Below, piece by piece: positions 30,629 to 38,073 of a stretch of DNA of 64,000 bases. The notes below the pieces were generated by a model. It had not been told where the DNA came from and ran no database searches. It worked only from the letters and a program-made list of their open reading frames with translations. The DNA lies in assembly GCA_965199855.1 (NCBI GenBank), contig OZ241326.1:640001-704000 (forward strand). The letters are read 5' to 3'. Both the position numbers and the translations under genes were made by a program. The number at the start of each line of letters is the position of its first letter. Positions within the stretch are counted from its first letter, which is position 1. Source of the DNA: a bacterium. Lineage in GTDB: Bacteria; UBA8248.

Positions 30629-31630
30629 TCAGGGCTTCCAGGCGCGGCGCGTCAGCAGACGCCAGGCGTTGCGCCAGGCGATGCGCGCGGCGGCCGCGCG
30701 GCTGAGCTTGGAGAGAATCTTCTGGCGGAAAAGAAGCGCGCGCCCCGCATACGCCGCCGGCCCGCCCGCGCCGCTCCCGACCATGAAATGCCCCGCCCGC
30801 GCCTCGAGCAGCGCCCGCCATTCAAGGGCGAGCGCGCCGCCCGGGTCGAACAGGTGGTTTTTCCGCGCGGCGGGCGTCTCGCCGGGGGCGGGCGGCGGCT
30901 CCTGGGCGAGCGTGAAGAAGAGTCCGGCGTATCTCAGGCTCAGCGCCCGCAGGAGGCCGTGCCCGTAGCCCGGCCAGGCGTCGGGGTTCTCGACGCGGCC
31001 GGCGCGCGTCCAGACGATTCCCGCCCCGGGCGCCGCCCGAAGCAGCCGTTCGAGCCGGGCGAGGCCGGCGTCGTCTTCGGGCTGCGCCACCCACGCGGGC
31101 GCGCCCGCCTCGCTCGCCAGCCGAAGGACGCCCGCGAGCGCCCCGCCCGCCCCGGCGTCCCCGGAGGACGCGGCGCGCCAGGCGATCCTTCCGATTCCGA
31201 ACGCGCCGCCCCCGAGCTGCCGCCCGAGGCCGGCCGTTTGGCCCGCCGCGTCCGCCCGGCCTTTCAGGACGCCGGAGGCGGTGAGCGGAATCAGCCGGGC
31301 GGGGTGCCGCGCCGCCGCCTTGCGTATCGCCTCCCCGCTTCGGGCGGAGACGGCGGCCAGGGCGACCCCCGCGCGGTTCATACCCTCGATGAGCCGCGCC
31401 GGGCTTCGCCAGGCGTCGAGGGCGGCTTCCATGTCGATCAGGGGGAGCGCGCCGCCCGCCAGACGCCCCCGGAGCGTCCGCTCGTAGAGCCTGATTCGCG
31501 CCTCCCGGCTCGTCGGGCCTTCCGGCGCTTTCGATTGCGGCGGCGCGGGAGGCTTCGCCTCGTTCGCGCCGGCCGCCGCAAGGAGCGCGCCGATGAGGAG
31601 CGGCGGCGCCAAGGCGATGAGCCGGGGCAT
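30629..31630 (-). CDS. Exported protein with a degenerate amidohydrolase-like barrel
   Basis: Signal peptide, LPLID, FMVGS and IAWRNAWRL pattern. Metal-binding His/Asp residues appear lost. Confidence 0.45.
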   Translation of the reverse strand: MPRLIALAPPLLIGALLAAAGANEAKPPAPPQSKAPEGPTSREARIRLYERTLRGRLAGGALPLIDMEAALDAWRSPARLIEGMNRAGVALAAVSARSGEAIRKAAARHPARLIPLTASGVLKGRADAAGQTAGLGRQLGGGAFGIGRIAWRAASSGDAGAGGALAGVLRLASEAGAPAWVAQPEDDAGLARLERLLRAAPGAGIVWTRAGRVENPDAWPGYGHGLLRALSLRYAGLFFTLAQEPPPAPGETPAARKNHLFDPGGALALEWRALLEARAGHFMVGSGAGGPAAYAGRALLFRQKILSKLSRAAAARIAWRNAWRLLTRRAWKP

Positions 31631-31788
31631 CACATCAGGCTCCCGGGCGATGGAGGCGGAGGACGCGCCCACTATACATCATCGCGCGAGAGCGAACGCA
31701 CCCGCCCGCAGGGGGCGATGGAGGATGAGGGACGACGGAGCGGCCGGCTTCGCGCGGGAGATGCGCTTTTATCAGGCTGAAGAGGGAT

Positions 31789-32088
31789 TTACCCTGCCGC
31801 TCGCGCTCGGTCGGCGGTAGCCGGATCGACGATCCAGCCCTCCGAGCGATCGCAGTTCTTCGGGCCGCCGTATTTCGATTTCCGGCTCGCCCAGGCCGCC
31901 TGCGCCGCGCAAAGCACGGCGTCCAGCAGATCAGCTTTCGGATCGTCGATCAGAGTTTTCTCTTTTATATCCATGCCCAGATGGACCTTGATACCGTAAG
32001 TCTCACGGCACGCATCCCCTTTTAATCCGGCTACGATTTTTCGCCGGGCTTTTTTGCGTTCCGGCGTTTGCTTGTCTTGCTTCCCGCG
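31789..32088 (-). pseudogene. C-terminal part of the interrupted DUF429 predicted nuclease
   Basis: KQTPERKKARRKIVAGL...YGIKV...ADLLDAVLCAAQAAWA...EGWIVDP. The frame is open up to the insert boundary. Confidence 0.8.
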
Positions 32089-32303
32089 TCATGTCTCCCG
32101 CGATCAGTATCGCCCGTTCCATGTGTCTCCTCCCGCGCCTGTGGCCTCCCGTCCGCCTCGTGAATCGTATCGCGGTTTCCTTGCGGTCTCGTCCGCGCTC
32201 CGCGTATTTGGCGACGATCGCCTTTATCTCTTTCCAGTCCGGCGGCTCGCCCTTCCCGACCTTGAGGATCGCCCCGATTTTCTTCAAGCCCCCTCCAGCG
32301 TAA

Positions 32304-32337
32304 GGGGGCGGCTCCCTCGCCCACGGAAGCCGCCCCC
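32304..32337 (-). terminator. GC-rich hairpin downstream of the GGC-NN array (terminator or processing signal)
   Basis: 10-bp inverted repeat GGGGGCGGCT/AGCCGCCCCC with only a short U tail. Confidence 0.45.
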
Positions 32338-32386
32338 CTTTCATCTTTTTGCGGAGGTCTCATGTTCGGGCCCCCGCGCCCCTTCC

Positions 32387-32461
32387 TCGCCACGCCACGC
32401 CAAGCCTTGCCGAGCCCCGCCCCGCCGAGCCACGCCCCGCCTTGCCGAGCCCTGCCTTGCC
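32387..32461 (-). repeat. 15 x (GGC-NN) pentamer array with invariant triplet and variable dinucleotide; candidate ncRNA
   Basis: Minus strand reads GGC plus AA,AG,TC,AA,GG,GT,TC,GG,GG,TC,AA,TT,GT,GT,GA. Degenerate units GTC-GA and GGA-AG flank it. Confidence 0.9.
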
Positions 32462-32638
32462 TCGACCTGCGCCCCGCATCATGCCCGGTTTCGCCCGATC
32501 CGTCCATCATGGACGCCCGCGTTCGTTCGATACGGGGCTTCCCTGCGCCCCGTTTTTTCGGCGATCGGGCGTTTCCCCGGAATGTTCACTTTTTGGGCTT
32601 CGCCTGTTTTCTCCTGTTCGGTTCGCTCACGCGCCCGT

Positions 32639-32746
32639 TCAGTTTGGCCGGAGCGCCATTAAGATGAGTAGCGCCAGCAGGATGGCGATCATCATTGCGC
32701 ATCCCGCGCATCCGCATCCCGGTCCGAATATTTCTTGCCACGTCAA
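32639..32746 (-). CDS. 35-aa single-TM peptide
   Basis: (L)TWQEIFGPGCGCAGCAMMIAILLALLILMALRPN; the TTG overlaps the previous stop. Confidence 0.4.
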   Translation of the reverse strand: MTWQEIFGPGCGCAGCAMMIAILLALLILMALRPN

Positions 32747-32856
32747 AGGCGGTATTTTTTTTCTGGATATTTCTCTTTGAGCGTGAAGTGTGCTAGGCAT
32801 ACGAGTCCCACTAGTATCGATGCTACCAATGCTATGAATACTTCCGTGTCGCTCAT
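32743..32856 (-). CDS. 37-aa single-TM peptide
   Basis: MSDTEVFIALVASILVGLVCLAHFTLKEKYPEKKYRL; ATGA overlap with the upstream RHH gene. Confidence 0.5.
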   Translation of the reverse strand: MSDTEVFIALVASILVGLVCLAHFTLKEKYPEKKYRL

Positions 32857-33092
32857 TTCACGCGCCCCCTGCGCCGCTTCGCGGTCTTCTTCTCCTGCCG
32901 CTCCGCTTCGGGTCTGACCTCGCAGTCGTACACCGTGAAGATCAGGTATCGGAGGACATCCGAGTTGCTCGTCCGCCGGTTCCCCTCCCTCATTTTCTGT
33001 CGGATCGCGATCAGCTGCTGGTATTCCGCCTCGCTCAGCCTCACCGAGATGTTTCGCTCCTTGTAGCCGCTGTAAAGCGTGTGCGCGTCCAT
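32853..33092 (-). CDS. Ribbon-helix-helix (CopG/MobA-like) DNA-binding protein
   Basis: RNISVRLSEAEYQQL...SNSDVLRYLI beta-helix-helix pattern; GAGG RBS. Confidence 0.65.
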   Translation of the reverse strand: MDAHTLYSGYKERNISVRLSEAEYQQLIAIRQKMREGNRRTSNSDVLRYLIFTVYDCEVRPEAERQEKKTAKRRRGRVK

Positions 33093-33101
33093 GCTTTTCC
33101 T

Positions 33102-33371
33102 CTACTTCATGTCGTTCATGTATCGGCAGACGGCTTGCAGTAATTGCCTGGGGCTTACTTTTTCGATCGCAACCTGTTCGAAGTGATATTTTGCGATGCT
33201 CATTGCGATGTCGAGTTGTTGAGGTGTTGCTTTGCACTGTTTTAGCTCGGCGATTCTGATTCGCTTCGCTCTCCGGATGATTTTCGTCACTTCTTCTTGG
33301 GTCTGGCCGCTCGCCGCCCCGCCGATCGCCATTCCCGCCGCGATTGCGACCGTCATGATGATTCCCTTCAT
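33102..33371 (-). CDS. Small exported protein with two Cys
   Basis: Signal-peptide-like N-terminus and GGAGGA RBS. Confidence 0.6.
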   Translation of the reverse strand: MKGIIMTVAIAAGMAIGGAASGQTQEEVTKIIRRAKRIRIAELKQCKATPQQLDIAMSIAKYHFEQVAIEKVSPRQLLQAVCRYMNDMK

Positions 33372-33401
33372 TTTCTTTCCTCCACGTCCGCGTTACACGT
33401 G

Positions 33402-33433
33402 TTATCCACAAAGCGTAGCACTTTGTGCTACGC
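33402..33433. promoter_or_regulatory. Consensus DnaA box next to a perfect 9-bp inverted repeat (candidate RHH operator)
   Basis: TTATCCACA at 33402-33410 and GCGTAGCAC-ttt-GTGCTACGC at 33413-33433. Confidence 0.5.
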
Positions 33434-33619
33434 GCCCGGTCTCTTTTTCCGCTCCAGATGCCAGAGGCTTGTTCTCGCGCTCGTCAGCGCGGCCCACGTC
33501 CGCTTCTCCTCGGCGTCCGCTTTCGCGTTTAGCGGCCGCGCCCGCTTCTCCCGCCGCGCCGCCTGCCAGTTCTCTCGCGCCCGCCTCTCGCGCTCCCGCG
33601 CCGCCTCCAGCGCGCTCAT
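33428..33619 (-). CDS. Small basic helical protein
   Basis: 63-aa ORF coupled by ATGA to the upstream fragment. Confidence 0.5.
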   Translation of the reverse strand: MSALEAARERERRARENWQAARREKRARPLNAKADAEEKRTWAALTSARTSLWHLERKKRPGA

Positions 33620-33756
33620 CTCTTTTTCGCCGCCTGCGCCCGCGCCCTGTTCTCCGCCGCCTGCGTCCGGCGCCGCTCGTATGCCCTGTCGCGCCGCTCG
33701 GCTTCGATTTGGCCCAGTCTGATCAGTTCCCGCGCCGCCTTGCCCTTCGACCAGCC
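33616..33756 (-). pseudogene. 5'-truncated RHH-like gene fragment at the insert edge
   Basis: GWSKGKAARELIRLG... resembles RHH helix 2. There is no start codon, and it begins right at the DUF429 break. Confidence 0.45.
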
Positions 33757-33757
33757 C

Positions 33758-34297
33758 TATAGCTCCTCGTTCCGGCGAGCGCCTCGGCGACGAGGGCCGG
33801 ATAGGCTTCGACCACGATTCTTCTGCTTCCGTTCGGTCTGCAGGGAATGATGCTCGCTCCGCTGCGGAGAAGCCTCGGCGCGCCCTGAAAAAACATTTTG
33901 CCCACCGGTTGATGAGTGAGTTTCATAGGACTTATTGATTTCGCGAGCTCGTCGGTGGCGCGGCGATGCTCCTTCTGTCTAGGGGGTTGCTTGTCTTGAT
34001 ACTTTTTCAGTTTGTCCTCGAACTTGCTTTTCCCGAGACGCTCTACGCGGGCGACGTAATCCTTCCATGCGAGTGGCCACCCGAACGCGCGGATCAACCT
34101 GCGCGGTTGGCCGAACGGCAGGTCGATGCCCGCCACCCATGGCCCGCGAGCGCGAAGCGTCCGCTCGAACGAATCAAAATCAGTAAGCGGCCTCACGCAT
34201 GAGACAAGGAGCTCATCGTCCGCCAACTCGCATTCCGCGACTGTGATCGGCTTGCTTTTTTAGGGGCGCTGGTGAAGTCGATGCCCAGGATTCTCAT
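33758..34297 (-). pseudogene. N-terminal part of the DUF429 predicted nuclease (RNase H-like), with a frameshift in an A6 run
   Basis: MRILGIDFTSAPKK / KPITVAEC...GIDLPFGQP...VEAYPAL...RSY. One extra A at 34256-34261 joins the frames. Confidence 0.8.
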
Positions 34298-34299
34298 CC

Positions 34300-35028
34300 T
34301 CACCCCCTCTTCCATTGGGAGAAGTCGAGCCACCAGGATTCGCGGACGGCGTTTTTGAGCATGGGCCGCATCGCCTCGCTTCGGGGGGTTCCATAAGCGG
34401 CCCGGGCCCATGCGTCGGCGGTCGGGACGCGGGGGTCTTCGAGCTCGTAGAGGGCGAGGAGGGAGCGGCGGCTCGTCCTCGTCTCCTGGATTTCCGCCTC
34501 CGCCGTCGCCCCGCCGGTGGCGGCGGCCTCGAGCTGATAGACACGCCCCCGCTTCACGCCCTCCACCTCGAGGAGGCGGGCGAGATGCTCCTCTCGATAC
34601 CAGGCCAGCATCTCCTCCTTCGCCGCCTCGCTCTCGGGGCCGGGGCTCACCATGTAGAGCCAGGGGGCGTCGTAGCGGTGCGGGGCGCCGACCGACGCCT
34701 GCAGGCTGAACACGGCGCGCTCGGCGCCGCGGATGAAGGCCATGCACCGCCGCGTCCAGGGGGTGGGGCTGTTTCTCGATTCGAGATAGTAGGCGCTCTC
34801 GAAGGCGGCCAGGTCGTCGCCCTCGAAGACGCAGAGGAAGTCGTGGGGCGCGCTCTCCTCCATCGCGCGGTAGCGGAGGCCGGCGCGGAAGCCGGGGCCG
34901 TCCAGCCGCTCGGCGGCGTGCTCGCAGTTGTGCCACCTGCGGAATTCCTCGCGGTTCTCGGGCGCGACGTTCAGCCAGATGGCGACGAGCGCCCGCGTCT
35001 CCCGCATCCGCCTCGCCTCTCCCGTCAT
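34300..35028 (-). CDS. EthD/DUF4286-like two-domain alpha-beta barrel protein
   Basis: Two WH/WY-xx-EH...PG/EG repeats and LALYEL. Confidence 0.7.
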   Translation of the reverse strand: MTGEARRMRETRALVAIWLNVAPENREEFRRWHNCEHAAERLDGPGFRAGLRYRAMEESAPHDFLCVFEGDDLAAFESAYYLESRNSPTPWTRRCMAFIRGAERAVFSLQASVGAPHRYDAPWLYMVSPGPESEAAKEEMLAWYREEHLARLLEVEGVKRGRVYQLEAAATGGATAEAEIQETRTSRRSLLALYELEDPRVPTADAWARAAYGTPRSEAMRPMLKNAVRESWWLDFSQWKRG

Positions 35029-36452
35029 TCGATGCCCGCGAGCCGCTTCGCGTAGGCGACGGCGGGGCCGACCTCGTGCTCGCGCCAGATGGTCATCTTC
35101 TCCGCCTCGATGCTGCCCTCCGCGTGAATCGCCAGCACGGCCTGGTAGCCGGCGAAGTCCGACGCCGTGATCTCCGCGATGAGGTTCATCAGCCGGAGCC
35201 TCTCCTCCGCCGAGGCGGCGGGGGCGGCGCCCAGGTATCTGTCGATGAGCGCGGCGAGCGCCGGGTCTTCCATGTCCTCCGCGCTCGGCCCGGTGACGAG
35301 CAGGCCGCCCGCGATGTCCTGCGCCCGGGCGATCGCCTGGTGGTAGCCCTCGGCGAAGTGGAGCTTGGCGACGTTGATGAGCTCCGCGTTCGGCACGGCG
35401 ACGCCCTCAACCATCCGGCATTCGCGGGCGGCCTCGCGCGTCATGCCCCGGCAGATCCGCGCGTAGGAGATGAGCCGGGCGAGCTTGTCGCGCACGTGGT
35501 TCGCCCGCAGGACGCCGTTGTACTCCGCCATGAGGTGGGAGGCGCCCACGAGCAGGTCCACGAGCGGCAGCTTGTAGCTCACGGCGGTGAAGCGGTGGAA
35601 CTCCACGAAGGTCTTCGCCAGGGGGCCTGCCATCTCCACCTCCCCGTTCAGGAACACGCGCTCCCAAGGCACCTTCACGTCCTCGAATACGGTGAGCGTC
35701 TCCATCATCTTGTGCCGGGCGGAGATGGGGTTCTCGAAGGCGGGCCCCGTCCTCCCCCCGTAGCCGCTGGCCAGCATGGTGAGGCCCGGCGCGTTCGCCG
35801 GGACGGCGCAGGCGATCGCGTAGGCCTCGTCCCCCTCGCCCATGCTGCGCGTCGGCAGCACGATGATCTCGTGCGCGTTCGCGGAGACCGAGGTGTGAAC
35901 CTTCGCCCCGCGCAGGGTGACGCCCTCCTCGTCCCGGGCGGCAACGCGGACGTAGTAGTCCGGGTGGGCCTGCCGGCGGGGGCCTTTTCCCCTGTCTCCC
36001 TTCGCGTCGGTCTGGGCGACGGCGACGGCCAGGTCGTTGTCGCGGCAGTGGCGGTGGAACTTCTCGACGCGGGCGAGGTAGTCCGTCCCCCGCTCCCTGT
36101 CCACGCGCGCGGCGAGGAGGCGCAGGGCGAAGAGGGCGTCGCTGCCGATCTCCTTGATCAGGACGACGAGCGCGCCGCCCAGGGCCGTGGCGCGCTCGAT
36201 GAGGGCGCTTCTCTTCAGAAGGTCGTCCGCGCTCGCCGGGACGTGGTAATAGCGGGAATAGGGGCCGTCGTCGCCCCGGACGATCGCCAGCTCCGCTTCG
36301 GTCTCCGCCATTTCGTAGTCGATGGCGGCGTGGTCCACCGCGATCCCGATGACGGGATGAGAGGCGACGTCCTCCACCCGCTCGCCCCGGTAATAGACCG
36401 CGCGCCCGTCGCGCAGGCTTCTCCTGTATTCGTCGGGGGTCATAAGGGGCAT
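35025..36452 (-). CDS. 4-hydroxyphenylacetate 3-hydroxylase / 4-hydroxybutyryl-CoA dehydratase family flavoprotein
   Basis: EYRRSLRDGR-VYYRGERV, AQTDAKGDR, RGAKVH and VPWERVFL motifs. Confidence 0.88.
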   Translation of the reverse strand: MPLMTPDEYRRSLRDGRAVYYRGERVEDVASHPVIGIAVDHAAIDYEMAETEAELAIVRGDDGPYSRYYHVPASADDLLKRSALIERATALGGALVVLIKEIGSDALFALRLLAARVDRERGTDYLARVEKFHRHCRDNDLAVAVAQTDAKGDRGKGPRRQAHPDYYVRVAARDEEGVTLRGAKVHTSVSANAHEIIVLPTRSMGEGDEAYAIACAVPANAPGLTMLASGYGGRTGPAFENPISARHKMMETLTVFEDVKVPWERVFLNGEVEMAGPLAKTFVEFHRFTAVSYKLPLVDLLVGASHLMAEYNGVLRANHVRDKLARLISYARICRGMTREAARECRMVEGVAVPNAELINVAKLHFAEGYHQAIARAQDIAGGLLVTGPSAEDMEDPALAALIDRYLGAAPAASAEERLRLMNLIAEITASDFAGYQAVLAIHAEGSIEAEKMTIWREHEVGPAVAYAKRLAGIE

Positions 36453-36522
36453 GGCGCCTTCCTTCTCCTTCGGGGGCGGCGGACGCGCCCGCTTTCGCCC
36501 GGCGGCGAGCGGCGGAAAGGCG

Positions 36523-36780
36523 TCAGCTTCCGGCGAGTTCGGCCAGCTTTCCTTCCCTGTCCCAGGCCTGCAGCTGCGGCATTCCGCCGATGGCCTCGTC
36601 GTCGATGACGATCTGCGGTGCCGACTTTCCGCCGGTGCGCGCCATCATGGCCTCCCATTCGGGCGTCCCGCCGAACACCAGATGCTCCGTCCATTCGAGT
36701 CCGCGCTTTTTCAGGAGATTCTTCGCGGCGATGCAGAAGGCGCAGGGCTCGGTGGTGTAGATCTCGATGCGGGCCGCCAT
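36523..36780 (-). CDS. grxC: Glutaredoxin 3-like
   Basis: IYTT-PCAFC, APQI and IGG motifs. Confidence 0.88.
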   Translation of the reverse strand: MAARIEIYTTEPCAFCIAAKNLLKKRGLEWTEHLVFGGTPEWEAMMARTGGKSAPQIVIDDEAIGGMPQLQAWDREGKLAELAGS

Positions 36781-36920
36781 TTTCTTCTCCATGAAAGGGT
36801 GGGTGGATGGGCTCCATCGCTCTTGGCGCGATGCGCCGCCCCAGCATAGCAGACCCGCGCGGCGGCGTCATCCGGCGGCGCGGCGGGCCTTCTCCCCCTT
36901 GCTCCCCGCGCGGGAATTTA

Positions 36921-36950
36921 TTGACACGGGCGGCGAAAGAAAATATACAT
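36921..36950 (+). promoter_or_regulatory. Sigma70-type promoter of the polyamine operon
   Basis: TTGACA-17 nt-TATACA in an AT-rich patch. Confidence 0.55.
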
Positions 36951-37157
36951 GGGCGCGGCAGATCCGGCGCGCGCGGCTCCGCCTTTGGCTTCGCGCGCCC
37001 TCCCGCGGTGCTCTCGCGCGGGGGCGGGCGGCGCGGCTCCCTTTTCGGGAGCTTTTGGGGATTCCGCGCGGCTTCCGGGTTCGGAGCGAACGCGGGGGAG
37101 GTTCGGCGCGGGGGGCGGCTTCGGCTCGCGTCCGTCCGCGCCCGGAGGAAGCGGGCT

Positions 37158-37550
37158 TTGATTGTTCTGGGCCGCCACCTTCTGGCGGAGTTTCACGACT
37201 GCGGCGCGGACGCGCTCGACGATCCCGTCCGGGTCGAGCGGCTGATGAACGAGGCCGCCCGCCTGAGCGGCGCCACCGTCGTGCGGAGCGTGTTTCACGC
37301 CTTCAGCCCCCACGGGGTGAGCGGGGTGGTCGTCGTGGAGGAGAGCCACCTCGCGGTTCACACCTGGCCGGAATACCGCTACGCCGCGGTCGATTACTTC
37401 TACTGCGGCGACCTCGACTGCGGAGCGGCGCTGCGGCGCCTCGAAGAGGGCCTTCTCGCCGCGCGCGTGGAGACGAAAGAGGTGGCGCGGGGCGTGGTTC
37501 GCCGGCGCGAGGCTTCCCTGAGCCTGCCTTTCGCTTCGGGCGGAGAATGA
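37158..37550 (+). CDS. speD: S-adenosylmethionine decarboxylase proenzyme
   Basis: GRHLLAE, FSPHGVSG and EESHLAVHTWPE motifs. TTG start with GGAGG RBS. Confidence 0.93.
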   Translation: MIVLGRHLLAEFHDCGADALDDPVRVERLMNEAARLSGATVVRSVFHAFSPHGVSGVVVVEESHLAVHTWPEYRYAAVDYFYCGDLDCGAALRRLEEGLLAARVETKEVARGVVRRREASLSLPFASGGE

Positions 37551-37591
37551 GGGGCTCCTCTCCCGTTCCGGGACGCGGAGGCGCGGAAGCG

Positions 37592-38059
37592 ATGCTCATC
37601 CCCATTCCCACGAAGTATTTCATGGCGCATGGACGCGCGGAGGGGCCGAGCGCGCTCAACGCCTTCGACGCCGCGCTGATGGACGCGGGCGTGGGCGACG
37701 TGAACCTCGTGCGCCTGAGCAGCATCCTCCCGCCGCGCTGCGAGGAGATTCCCCCGCCGCGGCTGCCCCAGGGCGCGCTGGTTCCCGCCGCCTACGCCTC
37801 GGCGTCCTCGGACGAGCCGGGCCGCGTCATCGCCGCCGCGGTGGCCGTCGCCATTCCCGAGGACGAGGCGCGCTGCGGCCTCATCATGGAGCATCACGAC
37901 CGCGCCCCGCGCGCGGCGGTGGAGGAGAGGGCCAGACGCATGGCGGAGGCGGGCATGGCGCTGCGCGGAGAGCGCGTCAGGGAAATCAGGAGCGCCGCCG
38001 CCGAGCACGTCGTGCGGAGCGCGGGCGCCGCTTTCGCGGGCGTAATCCTTTGGAGCTGA
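37592..38059 (+). CDS. pdaD: Pyruvoyl-dependent arginine decarboxylase
   Basis: LNAFDAALMDAGVGDVNLVRLSSILP cleavage motif. Confidence 0.92.
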   Translation: MLIPIPTKYFMAHGRAEGPSALNAFDAALMDAGVGDVNLVRLSSILPPRCEEIPPPRLPQGALVPAAYASASSDEPGRVIAAAVAVAIPEDEARCGLIMEHHDRAPRAAVEERARRMAEAGMALRGERVREIRSAAAEHVVRSAGAAFAGVILWS

Positions 38060-38073
38060 GAAAGGTGCCCTTC

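Larger units (their letters stand above)
32089..33757 (-). mobile_element. ~1.67-kb phage/plasmid-like insert inside the DUF429 gene, with no integrase or transposase
   Basis: It separates two collinear halves of one gene and holds tightly coupled small ORFs, truncated at both ends. Boundaries are uncertain by about 25 nt. Confidence 0.75.

Noticed and set aside
32387-32461. CRISPR array or plain microsatellite
   Set aside because: There is no 23-50 nt repeat/spacer structure and no cas gene, and the units vary systematically at two fixed positions.
32031-32510. 159-aa ORF (RQGRARQGGAWLGGAGLGKAWRG) spanning the array
   Set aside because: Its low-complexity sequence is a by-product of the 5-nt DNA period, and there is no convincing RBS.
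32485-32580. Hammerhead ribozyme in the multibranch structure
   Set aside because: GAAA is present but the CUGANGA core is absent.
32743-33411. 222-aa ORF as the possible effector of the array
   Set aside because: It overlaps two better-supported RBS-bearing ORFs on the same strand and shows no recognisable fold. Only its last 37 codons look real.
36523-36780. Glutaredoxin as a fourth selenoprotein
   Set aside because: The active site is CAFC with normal Cys codons and no internal UGA.
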